From the NCBI GenBank assembly GCA_021798115.1, contig JAJZYM010000002.1, positions 166,687 to 230,686 of the forward strand: a stretch of DNA of 64,000 bases. The letters run 5' to 3'. This stretch comes from Pseudomonadota bacterium. Its GTDB lineage: Bacteria; Pseudomonadota; Gammaproteobacteria; JAKAQQ01. Below, piece after piece: positions 17,431 to 27,723 of the stretch (positions are counted from its first letter, which is position 1; each line of letters starts with the position of its first letter). The translations under genes were made by a program, and so were the position numbers. The notes below the pieces were generated by a model. The model was not told the DNA's origin. It searched no databases and saw nothing but the letters and a program-made list of their open reading frames with translations.

Positions 17431-18741
17431 ATGTCTTCCCCCGTCGAATCGTTCCGCCCACGTGCACTTCCCGGATCCTCACCGACACGGATCCGCAGCT
17501 GGGACGACGCCCTCAAGCACGCGGCGAAAGCTCTCGAGATCCACGCTCCACCCGACAGACACGACGAACGCTGGCTCTACACGCGGGCACAGGATTTTCT
17601 GCCTCCTCTTACGGATTCCGGCGAAATTGCGGCGTCGCCAGAGAGTGAGCTTGGAACAGAACTCACCCCTCCGACATCGTCGGAAGAGGTTCTTCTTCTC
17701 GAAGACGGGAAGCTCGGTGATCCCGAGGCCCGCCGCCGAGACGGGCTTCGTCACGGTGTGACCCTGCGGACGATGCGCGAGGCTTGGTCCGAGGACCCGG
17801 CGCTCATGAAACGCATCGCTTTACGCTCGCCGATCCGCGACCGCTACTTTGTCTGGTGGAATACCGCTCACCTCGACGACGGTTACGTGGTCGTGGTTTC
17901 TCGGGAGCGCCCCCATCACCGCCCGCTACAGATCCTCTGGCGAAGCCCGAATGCGCTCGCCGTCAGGCGTCTTCTGCTCATTCTCGAGCCCGGAGCACGG
18001 CTGGACCTCGTAGAATGCGAGGCCGCCCGCCCAAACCAGCTCCGGCATCTCGTCCGCGACATTCATTTGGAGCGCGAAGCCACGCTTCACCACGCGCTCC
18101 TCGACGTACCCGGGGTCAACGAAAACTGGCTCTGGACGACAGGTGTCGTCGCTGACGAAAAGGCGGCGTACCACGCCCTTGGTGTGCACGCGGGCGCCCG
18201 CAAAGCCCGTCACGAGATCTGCGTCGACCTGATCGGGGCGCGGGCGCATGCGACCCTTGACGCGGCGGTTCTACTTCCTTCAAAACATGTTTTCGACCTT
18301 CAAACGGAAATCGTCCACCGGGCCGACGCCACAGAAAGCCGCCAGCTCGTTCACGCCGCAACGTCCGCTCGAGCGACAGCCGTTTACGGCGGTACGATCG
18401 TGGTCGAATCCGCCACCAAAGGTGTTGTCGCTCACCAGCAGAGCCGGGGCTTGCTGCTCGATCCTGCCTCGGACATCGACAGCCGACCCGAACTTCATAT
18501 CCGCAGCGACGACGTCCTCTGCACGCACGGTGCCAGCATCGGGGCGATCGATCCGGAGGGGTTGTTCTATCTCCAAAGCCGTGGTCTCAACGCCTCTCAG
18601 GCCCGCGCCCTTCTTCTCAGGGCGTTTGCCCTACGTGTGCTCGAGACGTTTCCTGCTGCGGCATCTGCCGCCCTTCGGACAACCCTCGCGGAGCGCCTGG
18701 AGGTTCTCGTGCGCCTTCTTGTCCCCGAGGCTGGTCTGTGA
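17431..18741 (+). CDS. sufD: Fe-S cluster assembly protein SufD.
   Basis: It sits between sufC and sufS and has a SufB/D-type C-terminal beta-helix region (GGTIVVESATKGVVAHQQSRGLLL...SRPELHIRSDDVLCTHGASIG). ATG at 17431 follows the sufC stop. Confidence 0.88.
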   Translation: MSSPVESFRPRALPGSSPTRIRSWDDALKHAAKALEIHAPPDRHDERWLYTRAQDFLPPLTDSGEIAASPESELGTELTPPTSSEEVLLLEDGKLGDPEARRRDGLRHGVTLRTMREAWSEDPALMKRIALRSPIRDRYFVWWNTAHLDDGYVVVVSRERPHHRPLQILWRSPNALAVRRLLLILEPGARLDLVECEAARPNQLRHLVRDIHLEREATLHHALLDVPGVNENWLWTTGVVADEKAAYHALGVHAGARKARHEICVDLIGARAHATLDAAVLLPSKHVFDLQTEIVHRADATESRQLVHAATSARATAVYGGTIVVESATKGVVAHQQSRGLLLDPASDIDSRPELHIRSDDVLCTHGASIGAIDPEGLFYLQSRGLNASQARALLLRAFALRVLETFPAAASAALRTTLAERLEVLVRLLVPEAGL

Positions 18742-19997
18742 ACGCCCCCCCCCTTCGTACGCCACCGCCTCCGAGCGGCTACGACGTGGACCGTGTGCGT
18801 GAAGATTTTCCGATTCTCCGCACGCGCGTCCACGGTCACCCTCTGGTGTATCTCGACAACGCCGCGACCACGCAAAAGCCGCAGTCCGTCATTGACGCTC
18901 TCGTCCGGTATTACACGGAAGAGAACGCCAACGTGCACCGTGGGGTCTATCAGCTCAGCGCTCTCGCCACGGAACGCTACGAGGAAGCCCGCGAGGCCGT
19001 CCGTACCTATCTTCATGCGCAAACGTCCAACGAAATCGTCTTTTTGCGCGGGGCCACCGAAGCGATCAACCTTGTCGCCAACAGTTTCGGGCAGGCCTTC
19101 GTTCGCGCGGGGGACGAGATTGTTCTGACGGAAATCGAACACCATTCCAACATTGTCCCGTGGCAGATGCTTTGTGCACGCAGCGGCGCGCGTCTGCGAA
19201 TCATCCCCGTCGATGAGACCGGTGAGATCAATCTCAAACAGGCCGCTGAAATTATCGGCCCGAAAACACGGATGGTCGCTTTTTCCCACGTTTCGAACGC
19301 CCTGGGGACGATTCTCCCGGTTGCCGAGTTGACTTCGCTTGCCCACGCCCAAGGGGCCGCTGTCCTCATCGACGGCGCTCAGGCCGCCTCGCACATAGCC
19401 GTCGACGTTCGGCGCTTGGCTTGCGACTTCTACGTCTGTTCGGGACACAAAATGTACGGACCGACGGGCATCGGGGTTCTCTACGCCCGCGAGCGGTGGC
19501 TCGAAGATCTTCCCCCCTGGCAAGGGGGCGGAGACATGATCGAAACGGTCCATTTCGACAAGACCACCTACGCGTCCGCACCGGCCAAGTTTGAAGCCGG
19601 GACGCCCAACATCGCCGGGGCCTGCGGCCTGACCGCCGCTCTTCGCTACCTTCAGACCCTCGGGCTCTCGCGCATCGCCCACCACGAGCACGATCTTCTC
19701 GAGTACGCGACGGCACGCATGCGCGAGCTCGAGGGAGTGCGGATCATCGGCCAATCCACCCACAAGGCCGCAGTCCTTTCCTTTGTGGTCGAAGGCGTCC
19801 ACCCCCACGATGTCGGCACCCTCCTCGACCAGGACGGGATTGCGGTGCGCGCCGGTCACCATTGCGCGATGCCCACCATTGAGCGTTACCGGGTGCCGGC
19901 GACAGTCCGCGCGTCGTTCGGGCTGTACAACACACACGAGGAAGTGAACCGTTTCATCGAAGCTTTGGCCCGTGTGCGCGAGATGTTCCTGACATGA
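18738..19997 (+). CDS. sufS: Cysteine desulfurase SufS (class II, PLP-dependent).
   Basis: YLDNAATTQKP, NVHRGVY, the PLP-lysine region FYVCSGHKMYGPTGIG and the active-site loop RAGHHCAMP. Confidence 0.95.
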   Translation: MNAPPLRTPPPPSGYDVDRVREDFPILRTRVHGHPLVYLDNAATTQKPQSVIDALVRYYTEENANVHRGVYQLSALATERYEEAREAVRTYLHAQTSNEIVFLRGATEAINLVANSFGQAFVRAGDEIVLTEIEHHSNIVPWQMLCARSGARLRIIPVDETGEINLKQAAEIIGPKTRMVAFSHVSNALGTILPVAELTSLAHAQGAAVLIDGAQAASHIAVDVRRLACDFYVCSGHKMYGPTGIGVLYARERWLEDLPPWQGGGDMIETVHFDKTTYASAPAKFEAGTPNIAGACGLTAALRYLQTLGLSRIAHHEHDLLEYATARMRELEGVRIIGQSTHKAAVLSFVVEGVHPHDVGTLLDQDGIAVRAGHHCAMPTIERYRVPATVRASFGLYNTHEEVNRFIEALARVREMFLT

Positions 19998-20464
19998 ACC
20001 CGATGCTTTCTCTTTATCAGGAAATCATTCTGGACCACAACCGTCACCCGCGAAACTTCGGACATCTCGATCCGTGCACGCATAAGGCGCAGGGCTTCAA
20101 CCCGCTCTGCGGCGACAAGGTGCTTCTGACCCTCAATGTGGGCGATGAAGACAAGCAAATTCTTGAGATCGCCTTCGAAGGCACGGGCTGCGCCATCTCC
20201 GTGGCGTCGGCTTCCCTCATGACCGAAGCTCTCCGCAATCTCCCCGTCGAGGATGCCCGTGGGCTCATCGAGGCGGTTCATGACCTCATCGTCGAAGGAA
20301 CGGTCCCCGAGCTTCTCGAGGAGGAACGCTACGCCCGCCTGAAGGCCCTCGCGGGCGTTCACGAATTTCCAGCCCGTGTCAAGTGTGCCACGCTGGCCTG
20401 GCAGACCCTGCGTGCGGCGCTCGACCGGAAGACGCAGGAAATCAGCTCCGATCCCCGCTTCTGA
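19994..20464 (+). CDS. sufU: SufU (NifU N-terminal-like sulfur acceptor/scaffold).
   Basis: LYQEIILDHNRHPRNFG, NPLCGD, FEGTGCAIS, ARVKCATLAW. Confidence 0.9.
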   Translation: MNPMLSLYQEIILDHNRHPRNFGHLDPCTHKAQGFNPLCGDKVLLTLNVGDEDKQILEIAFEGTGCAISVASASLMTEALRNLPVEDARGLIEAVHDLIVEGTVPELLEEERYARLKALAGVHEFPARVKCATLAWQTLRAALDRKTQEISSDPRF

Positions 20465-20470
20465 CCCGCG

Positions 20471-21025
20471 ATGCCCCGCGTCTACGAACCCGTCCGTTTC
20501 ATCCGCGACTGCAACGCCACTCTTGTCCCTTCCGGAGCGGAAGTGATCGTCCCCGAAGGCGCCGAAGGAACGCTCACCCAGGCTCTCGGGGGAAGTTTCA
20601 CCGTTTACGTCGGCGGGAGCCTTCTCCGTATCAAGGGATCCGACGCTGAGGCCATCGGCCGTGAGCCCCCTCCCCCCGTCCCTGTCCCGGAGAATCCGAC
20701 GGCGGATGACATCGAGAAGCTCGTCCGTGAGCAGCTCCGTGAAGTCTACGACCCCGAGATTCCGATCAATATCGTCGACCTGGGACTCGTCTACGAACTC
20801 ACGGTTGAACGGATCGCACCCGACCAGAACACGTTCCGTGTGACGATCAACATGACACTGACGGCCCCGGGATGCGGGATGGGAGGTGTCCTGGTTGACG
20901 AGATCCGCACACGTCTCACCGCGATCCCTCCTGTTCAGGACGTCCAGGTCGATCTCGTTTTTGATCCGCCGTGGGACACAAGCCGCATGTCGGAAGAGGC
21001 CCGTTTGGAATCCGGGCTGCTCTGA
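20471..21025 (+). CDS. sufT: SufT-type Fe-S assembly protein (N-terminal extension plus DUF59/MIP18 domain).
   Basis: The DUF59 core is VYDPEIPINIVDLGLVY...TLTAPGCGMG. It has the SufT-like N-terminal domain and is the last gene of the suf operon. Confidence 0.85.
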   Translation: MPRVYEPVRFIRDCNATLVPSGAEVIVPEGAEGTLTQALGGSFTVYVGGSLLRIKGSDAEAIGREPPPPVPVPENPTADDIEKLVREQLREVYDPEIPINIVDLGLVYELTVERIAPDQNTFRVTINMTLTAPGCGMGGVLVDEIRTRLTAIPPVQDVQVDLVFDPPWDTSRMSEEARLESGLL

Positions 21026-21654
21026 AAACGACTCGGGCGGACGACCCGCGAAACGGGATTCGACAAGGGAGCGGGCTCCCACTGCCGAGAGAGCACCTCA
21101 ACACGCTCGCGCTTACAGAGCGGTGTGGGGGGTTCTGTCCCGGGCGGGCAGAGCCGCGCCGTCATCACGTACGACGGTTCGAAGCTGTAGATTCGGGCTC
21201 CGCCGAACGGGGTCCAGCGAACGAGAGAGAGCACGGAATGGCGCAGCGGGTGAGGTACGGCCTTGAGCCAACCCGGCAGGTGCGCCCGGAGGAATATGTA
21301 GAGACGAAGGGGCTCTTTCATCTGTGTCGCACGCCGGAGGATGTTTTGGTCGGGACCGCTTCGAAAATCGACGGGGATACCGGTCCTGATGGACAAAACT
21401 TCGCCCAAATGAACCATGGGGCCGCCGCGTCGTACGACAATGGCGGCTGGAAGGGAAAAACGTAACAGGCGAGCGACATTGTGAGCGAGAGCCAGCTCCT
21501 CATGCGGGCGGTGAAGCGGAGCGGCCGGGAGCGTCAGGAGGAGAAAATCACGGCGCTCACGCACAAGGTCGAGCGTTCGGACAATGAGAACGATGAGAAC
21601 GGCGGCGACGAGAAGGGCGCCGATGAAGACCGTCCGGCGGCGAAGATCCGACAT
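20935..21654 (-). CDS. Hypothetical membrane-anchored protein (uncertain).
   Basis: It has a single N-terminal TM segment (RRRTVFIGALLVAAVLIVLIV) and I recognised no family motif. The 3' end overlaps the sufT 3' end by 91 nt, so either its C-terminus or the whole call may be wrong. Confidence 0.35.
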   Translation of the reverse strand: MSDLRRRTVFIGALLVAAVLIVLIVRTLDLVRERRDFLLLTLPAAPLHRPHEELALAHNVARLLRFSLPAAIVVRRGGPMVHLGEVLSIRTGIPVDFRSGPDQNILRRATQMKEPLRLYIFLRAHLPGWLKAVPHPLRHSVLSLVRWTPFGGARIYSFEPSYVMTARLCPPGTEPPTPLCKRERVEVLSRQWEPAPLSNPVSRVVRPSRFQSSPDSKRASSDMRLVSHGGSKTRSTWTS

Positions 21655-21721
21655 ATTCTTGGCACCGATCATGCTGGCCCCTATGATACGATCGCGGAAT
21701 CGCCTTCGCATTCGTCAACCC

Positions 21722-22516
21722 ATGCCCTCTCCTTTGTTGACCGCCGTCGTTCTCGCACGCGATGAGGCGGATAACCTCGAAGAGCTTCTTCCCACCCTCG
21801 GCTTCGCGGACCGCATCCTCGTCGTCGACGGTGGAAGCCGCGATGCGACGCTCGAAGTGGCACGCCGCCACGGCGCCGACATTCTCGTCGCGGGCGACTG
21901 GCAGGGGTTTGGCGTTCAGAGACAGCGGGCCGAAGCGGCCATTCGAGAAGCCGTGTGGATTTTCATGATCGACAGCGATGAGCGAGTTCCCCCCGAGCTC
22001 GCCAAGGAAATCCGCGAGGTCATCACGACGACGACAGAGCCCACGGTATTCACAGTGCGTCGTAAAACCTGGGTCTTCGGGCGTTATCTCCGTTACGGAG
22101 GGTGGTATCCAGACGAAGTGGCACGACTTTACACAAAAAGCGGCGCCGGTTATGACTCAAATCCCGTCCATGAAAAGCTCGTCCCCTTCAAGGGAACCCG
22201 GGTGAAGAATCTTGCCAACCCGCTCCTGCACTACTCCTACCGTGATCTCGAGCATTATCTGGTGAAATCGGCCCGCTACGCCGCCCTTTCCGGCCGCGAG
22301 AAAAAACGCCGAGGCGAACGCTGCCTTCTCGCAAGGGGAATATGGCACGGAACTTGGGGTTTCTTTCGTATGTATTTTATAAGACTGGGTTTTCTCGATG
22401 GGCGACCCGGCCTTCTGATTGCGATTCTCTCCGCTCACTCGATCTTCTGCAAATACGCCGATGCCTGGGTCCGCAATCGAGACGTCACTGCGGCGGAAAG
22501 TGCGAAATCGGCTTGA
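21722..22516 (+). CDS. Glycosyltransferase family 2 (LPS core-type).
   Basis: LTAVVLARDEADNLEELL...ILVVDGGSRDAT...FMIDSDERV has the GT-A fold and a DxD motif. The start was chosen at MPSPLL (21722) rather than the long Arg-rich extension. Confidence 0.8.
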   Translation: MPSPLLTAVVLARDEADNLEELLPTLGFADRILVVDGGSRDATLEVARRHGADILVAGDWQGFGVQRQRAEAAIREAVWIFMIDSDERVPPELAKEIREVITTTTEPTVFTVRRKTWVFGRYLRYGGWYPDEVARLYTKSGAGYDSNPVHEKLVPFKGTRVKNLANPLLHYSYRDLEHYLVKSARYAALSGREKKRRGERCLLARGIWHGTWGFFRMYFIRLGFLDGRPGLLIAILSAHSIFCKYADAWVRNRDVTAAESAKSA

Positions 22517-22654
22517 CTGAAGAACCGCACGACGGGCCGCAAACGTGTGCCGAGCTGTGACGATCCATAGCGTCCCGTGAGGATCGTACGCATATCACTT
22601 CCGTCGCCTCCTTTGAATCGGCCCGGGGATCAGGGTGACGAGGGTAACGGTGGC

Positions 22655-23731
22655 TCAAGGCGAACGCAAATGGCGCTCGAGAAACGCGCCGACGCGTCGG
22701 TTTTCTTCGTCCGAGGGTGCCATGAGCGCATCACCACGCACCGCTTCTGGACGCGTGACGGCCAGATGGAGCTCCTCCTTTGTCGGTGGACGCCAGCGTG
22801 TCGCGTTGGCGCTCCTCTTGTCGGGGAAAAATCCCACTGTCGGCACGCCCAGACATCCTGCAAGATGCAGGGGACCGGTCGAGCCCGAAACGAGGGCATC
22901 GACGACACTCAGATCAAGCGCAAAGCGTGCGAGACCCGCGTGCGAGACGTGCAAACGGTTGGTCAATCCTTCCGTGTGCAGCCGTTGGGAGAGATTCTCG
23001 GCGTGCGCACGTTCCTCAGGGGCTGGCCCGGAGGTCACGAGAAAGGTCACACCCGGCAACAGCCATCCGACGGAACCACAGAGTTTCGCGTATCCCTCAA
23101 GATCGAGGTTTCGGGCGGAGCCGCCGTGTCCCGGGTGCACGGCGATCAGGGGAGTCCGCTCCCCGAGCCCGTATTGCTCACGAAGTTCGCGAGCGTGCGC
23201 GCGACGGCGGTCGGCGGGGAAGCCGAGGTAGGGAGGATCCTCTAATGGATTGGGGGGTTCAATCCGCCAAAGCCCGAGCGCGAAAACCGCCAGGTCGAGG
23301 TTGTAGCGGTATTCGGGCTTCAACGAGCGCGAACGGTGCTGGTGCAGGCGATGAGTATGGTGGATTTGGGCCAGTTTGACGGCGGGGGCAATCCGGATCG
23401 GGATTCCAGCGCGACGGAACGCGCGAGCCGTATGGTAGTGCGAAAAAAAACTGAGGACGGACTCGTAACCCTGGTCTCGTAATCGTTCGGCCAAGGCGGC
23501 GCTGTCCGTTCTGTTGCGCACGGAACGCGGAACGACGAGGACATCATCGAGACTGGGGCAGAGTCGACCCAACGGAGCGGTGTACTCGGGAACCAGGGCC
23601 GTGATTCTCGTCTCCGGCAAAGCTCGTCGGAGAAGGGCAAACGCTGGCCACGCCAGCATGAAATCGCCGAGTCGGTCATCGCGAACGACGAGCAGAGATC
23701 GCGGCGGGGAGATTGGGCGGGCGGCACTCAT
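22655..23731 (-). CDS. Glycosyltransferase family 9 (heptosyltransferase-like).
   Basis: LLVVRDDRLGDFMLAWPAFALLRRALP...ITALV and the C-terminal LVSGSTGPLHLAGCLGVPTVGFF are typical GT9 motifs. Confidence 0.85.
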   Translation of the reverse strand: MSAARPISPPRSLLVVRDDRLGDFMLAWPAFALLRRALPETRITALVPEYTAPLGRLCPSLDDVLVVPRSVRNRTDSAALAERLRDQGYESVLSFFSHYHTARAFRRAGIPIRIAPAVKLAQIHHTHRLHQHRSRSLKPEYRYNLDLAVFALGLWRIEPPNPLEDPPYLGFPADRRRAHARELREQYGLGERTPLIAVHPGHGGSARNLDLEGYAKLCGSVGWLLPGVTFLVTSGPAPEERAHAENLSQRLHTEGLTNRLHVSHAGLARFALDLSVVDALVSGSTGPLHLAGCLGVPTVGFFPDKRSANATRWRPPTKEELHLAVTRPEAVRGDALMAPSDEENRRVGAFLERHLRSP

Positions 23732-23938
23732 GGAACGGCTCAGGATACACGAAGAGTCTTTCGCATCGATCGCGGAGGGAATCTCTCAACACGGGGGTCG
23801 GTCGCACAAGTTCTCCCATGCACGGACCTTCAACCCGCTTGACGAAGGAAGAGCATCCTGGACCAGCCGTCCGGATGACGAACATCAGCCTCCCTGGAGA
23901 AGCGCCCTCCTTCGACGATCGGGACCCGACTTCTATTC

Positions 23939-24028
23939 TGGCGGAGGCGGTGGGATTCGAACCCACGGTACCCGTGTAGGTACGGCTGATTTCAAGTCAG
24001 CTGCGTTCAACCGCTCCGCCACGCCTCC
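23939..24028 (-). tRNA. tRNA-Ser (anticodon TGA), with encoded CCA.
   Basis: The minus strand folds as a cloverleaf. The acceptor is GGAGGCG/CGCCTCC, the anticodon stem is GCTGA/TCAGC with loop CTTGAAA, the long variable arm is GTACC..GGTAC, the T-arm is GTGGG-TTCGAAT-CCCAC, and the discriminator is G followed by CCA. Confidence 0.9.
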
Positions 24029-24076
24029 GCCGGATATTGTAACGATGTGGACAAACCGGTCGTCTACGCCACGCCC

Positions 24077-25294
24077 TCACGGAGCGCGCCGGCGACACCG
24101 TCCGTGTCGTTGAAGAGCGTAGAGGGCCACGACGCTCGTAGCCAAGGAGAAGATGATCACAGCCTGGGGTTGGGTCGCCTCGAGCCACCCCATCATCAAC
24201 CCCCCAAGCATCCACGCGCCTCCGTAGACAGCATCGAAGATCCCGAAGAGCCGTGCCCGCGCCGCCGGCGTGGATGCGTGCCGTGCCACAGCGGCGTGGA
24301 GCATTCCCTCCATCGCGCCTATGCTGAGACCCCATCCTGTCAGTCCCCACACCAAGTCGGCGAACGACGGGTGTGCCGCGCTTAGGGCGAACATCGTCAG
24401 GGGAACAAGCACGATCGGGAACTTGAGAGCCGGTGTCCCGTAGCGGTCATAGACTCTCCCGAAAACAAGCGCCGAAAGTGCGCTGACCGCCATGGACCAA
24501 GCAAAACCCAGCGCGATGAGGCGGGCCGACCAGTCTCCACGCGCCATCAGGGTGTAGCCGAAGAGAATCATGGGCGAAAGCCCCATGATCAGAAGCCCCG
24601 CGCATGCGCACAGCCAGAAAAATCCCTGCGACGGCCGATCATCGGAACGGGCAACGCCCCCCGCGGATGGCGTCCCGGTCGGAACGCTGACACGGCTCGT
24701 ACGCCGGTGGAGGCGCATGGCCAGGACCAGGACGAAGACGGCTCCTGCGGCCGGAACGAAAAGCCAGAGAAAGGCCCGGCTGTATCCGCCGGCAATTGTC
24801 GCGGCGATCAGAAGCGGTCCGGCGACAGCCCCGATCTGGTCCATGGCCTCGTGCAGCCCAAAAACCCGACCCGACCCGAGAACGTCCCCGGCGCCAGCCA
24901 ACAAGGTCTTTTTGGGGGGATTGCGCAAACCCCGTCCCAGCCGTTCAAGAAAAAGAAGCGCGATAGCGAGTCCAAGCTCGTGGACGAAGGCCATGAGCGG
25001 CAACGCCACGAGATTGATCAGATAACCGAGATAGAGAAGAACCGTCCGCGAACGCTCGCTCTTGGCCAGCAATCCGGCGGGGTAGCGAACGGCGTAACCC
25101 AGGAACTCACCCCCCCCCGCCACGAGGCCGACCGCCACGGGGCCCGCGCCCAAGACCAGCAGGAACGGACCAAGGAGGCTTCGTCCGCCCTCGTAGGTCG
25201 CGTCGGCAAAGAAGCTGACGGCTCCGAGAAGGAGAACAAAACGAAAAAGAAGAGTTCTCTGTTTCTGCGGACGATCGCCGACAGCACGATTCAT
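24077..25294 (-). CDS. MFS transporter.
   Basis: About 12 predicted TM segments with an MFS-like loop (ERLGRGLRNPPKKTLLA). Confidence 0.75.
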   Translation of the reverse strand: MNRAVGDRPQKQRTLLFRFVLLLGAVSFFADATYEGGRSLLGPFLLVLGAGPVAVGLVAGGGEFLGYAVRYPAGLLAKSERSRTVLLYLGYLINLVALPLMAFVHELGLAIALLFLERLGRGLRNPPKKTLLAGAGDVLGSGRVFGLHEAMDQIGAVAGPLLIAATIAGGYSRAFLWLFVPAAGAVFVLVLAMRLHRRTSRVSVPTGTPSAGGVARSDDRPSQGFFWLCACAGLLIMGLSPMILFGYTLMARGDWSARLIALGFAWSMAVSALSALVFGRVYDRYGTPALKFPIVLVPLTMFALSAAHPSFADLVWGLTGWGLSIGAMEGMLHAAVARHASTPAARARLFGIFDAVYGGAWMLGGLMMGWLEATQPQAVIIFSLATSVVALYALQRHGRCRRRAP

Positions 25295-25466
25295 GCTTGA
25301 AACCTCTCGCTCCGGAAAGCGAAGCCAGTATAGCGGGAGGCCACGAACTGAAACGGGCTGGACATGCGGCCCTCTTCATGATGCGTAGGATGTCGCGTCG
25401 GGAATCGTGTCTATAATGAATCTCCCGATGACGCACTTGCGCTTCGGGGTATGATCCTTCGCATTC

Positions 25467-26564
25467 GTGTCCCCGCGCCTCATGTCCGGTTCCTCTGTCG
25501 TTTTCTCCGCCCCTGGTAAAGTGGTCCTCATCGGCGAATACGCTGTTCTGGAAAATGGAGCAGCCTACGTACGTGCGGTCGACGTGCGCGCACGCGTGCG
25601 TATCGATTCGCACGCCTCCAAACACCTTCTGGAAGCGCCGGACATCAACGTCGCGGAAATCGAGTTTGAGGCTACGGCAGGCCGCAAACCGATCTGGCGA
25701 CGCTCGGACGGCAATCTCCAAGCTCCGCGCGAACTTGACCTGGCGGGCACCGTTCTGGCTGACGTCCTCGCCAGGAGCACGCCGCCACCTTGCCGCATCC
25801 GTCTTGATACCTCGGCGTTTTTTGCCGAACTCGGCCGAGGAGGACGCACCAAGATCGGGCTCGGATCGAGCGCGGCGCTGACCGTCGCCCTCGATGCCGC
25901 CATCCACGTCTGGACGTGGGGGCCCGAACACGGCGGGAAGCATGAGGATCAGACCACGGTTCTGACCCGCCTTCAAGCACTCCACACGGGGCATCAGGGT
26001 GGCCGCGGAAGCGGTCTCGACATCGCGGCGAGCCTGTGTGGAGGGACCTTCGTCTATCGGCGGGGTGAATCTCACCCCAAAATCGCCCCTCTCCCGCTCC
26101 CGGACGGGCTTGAGTTTCTCTGCGTCTGGACCGGTCGTTCCTCCTCAACGGGCGGATTTCTCGAACGCCTGGCGGCCTGGCGTCGCCGCAACGAGCGCGC
26201 GTACGAACGCTTCATGAATGATCTTGCACATCTCTCGGATCAAGGAATCGACGCGGCATCCCGCGGCGACGCCGATCGGTTTTGCGCGACTGTCAGTGAC
26301 TACAGGCGACTCCTGGACGGGCTCGGATCGGCCGCGTCGCTTCCGATCGTCTCACCCGTTCACCGGCGCCTCGAACACCTTGCAACAAAAAACGGCGTGA
26401 CGTACAAACCGTCCGGCGCCGGCGGCGGGGACATCGGTATAGCGTTCGCAGCGGATCCCCGTGGGGCGCAGCGTTTCCGGGATGCGGCCAGCAACGAGGG
26501 GTTCCTCGTCCTCTCCTGCCCTGAGGCCCCCGCCGGTCTCCGGCGGGAGGCGGAGACGACTTAG
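25467..26564 (+). CDS. mvaK2: Phosphomevalonate kinase (GHMP kinase family).
   Basis: [58 protein letters not shown]. Mevalonate kinase is encoded separately in the fusion gene. Confidence 0.8.
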   Translation: MSPRLMSGSSVVFSAPGKVVLIGEYAVLENGAAYVRAVDVRARVRIDSHASKHLLEAPDINVAEIEFEATAGRKPIWRRSDGNLQAPRELDLAGTVLADVLARSTPPPCRIRLDTSAFFAELGRGGRTKIGLGSSAALTVALDAAIHVWTWGPEHGGKHEDQTTVLTRLQALHTGHQGGRGSGLDIAASLCGGTFVYRRGESHPKIAPLPLPDGLEFLCVWTGRSSSTGGFLERLAAWRRRNERAYERFMNDLAHLSDQGIDAASRGDADRFCATVSDYRRLLDGLGSAASLPIVSPVHRRLEHLATKNGVTYKPSGAGGGDIGIAFAADPRGAQRFRDAASNEGFLVLSCPEAPAGLRREAETT

Positions 26565-27703
26565 GCGCTTCGTCCGGCTTGGCGCCGCAGTTCGTCGAGG
26601 CTGATGGCGACTGTAGACCCGGCAAGAGATTCACTCGTGCTCGGCCTCTCGTAAAGGATGGGAAGCTCGGGTGCGAGAGATCCTTCGGTGCGCGGCCCGC
26701 GCAAGTGCACCAGGAGGGCCTTGAGGGGGTGGGCGAACGTGTCGTTGACCGCCGTTCCCTCGTAGCCGCAATGCGCCATGCAGTTGTCGCATTTGGGATG
26801 CTTGCCATACCCGTAGGATTCCCAATCGGTTTCTTCCATGAGAGCACGGAACGTCGGCGCTGTCCCCTCCCCGACCAGAAGGTAACAGGGCTTCTGCCAG
26901 CCGAAAATGTTATACGTCGGGTTGCTCCACGGGGTGCACTGGTAGGTTTGGTTCCCGGCGAGGAAATCAAGGAAGAGGCTCGACTGGTTGAACACCCAGC
27001 GGCGGCGGCCTTCTTTCCCCCGACGAAAAATGGCACGAAAGAGTTCCTTGCTCTTTTGACGGGGTAGAAAACGGTCTTGGCGCGGAGCCCGCTCGTAACT
27101 GTAGCCCGGTGAGACCGTGATCCCTTCCACGCCGAGGTCCATGCAGTAATCAAAGAAGCGCGCGACCTCGTCGGGGTCTTCGCTCTGAAAAAGGGTGCAG
27201 TTGACGGTGACACGGTGACCCCGATCGCGCGCAGCGCGGATGGCCTCCGTCGCACGGACGAACACCCCGGTCTGGCACACCGAGGCGTCGTGACGTTCTT
27301 CAAGCCCGTCGAGATGGACCGAGAAGGTCAAGTAGGGCGAAGGTTTGTAATCGTCGAGTCTCTTCACGAGAAGAAGAGCGTTCGTGCACAGGTAGACGAA
27401 CTTCTTGCGCGCGATGATCCCCTCGACGATCGTGGGGAGCTCCTTGTGAAGAAGGGGTTCACCTCCCGGAATCGAGACGATCGGAGCGCCACATTCGTCG
27501 ACGGCATGAAGCGCATCCTCAACGCTCATGCGACGGCGCAAAGTCTCCTCGGGGTAATCGATTTTTCCACAACCACTGCAGGCCAGGTTGCACTGGAAGA
27601 GTGGCTCGAGCATCAGCACGAGAGGGTAACGTTTGTTGCCCTTGAGCTTTTGAGACAGGATGTAGCGACCGACACGGTACTGTTGAATCAGGGGAACAGA
27701 CAT
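26561..27703 (-). CDS. hpnH: Adenosylhopane synthase HpnH (radical SAM).
   Basis: [22 protein letters not shown]...[22 protein letters not shown], which contains the CxxxCxxC motif. Start chosen at 27703. Confidence 0.9.
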   Translation of the reverse strand: MSVPLIQQYRVGRYILSQKLKGNKRYPLVLMLEPLFQCNLACSGCGKIDYPEETLRRRMSVEDALHAVDECGAPIVSIPGGEPLLHKELPTIVEGIIARKKFVYLCTNALLLVKRLDDYKPSPYLTFSVHLDGLEERHDASVCQTGVFVRATEAIRAARDRGHRVTVNCTLFQSEDPDEVARFFDYCMDLGVEGITVSPGYSYERAPRQDRFLPRQKSKELFRAIFRRGKEGRRRWVFNQSSLFLDFLAGNQTYQCTPWSNPTYNIFGWQKPCYLLVGEGTAPTFRALMEETDWESYGYGKHPKCDNCMAHCGYEGTAVNDTFAHPLKALLVHLRGPRTEGSLAPELPILYERPSTSESLAGSTVAISLDELRRQAGRSA

Positions 27704-27723
27704 GATTGCGAACCTCGAGGCGG

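Noticed and set aside
18597-19937. A 446-aa minus-strand ORF.
   Set aside because: It is antisense to sufS (PLP-Lys and active-site Cys motifs present on the plus strand), has low-complexity Arg/Gly-rich composition and no family signature.
19886-21082. A 398-aa minus-strand ORF.
   Set aside because: It is antisense to sufU and sufT, both of which are supported by conserved Cys and DUF59 motifs.
23939-24028. tRNA as tRNA-Sec, or as the attachment site of a genomic island.
   Set aside because: The anticodon loop reads CTTGAAA (anticodon TGA, Ser), not TCA. There is no integrase and I noticed no direct repeat of the tRNA 3' end. Flanking genes have the same high GC as the core region.
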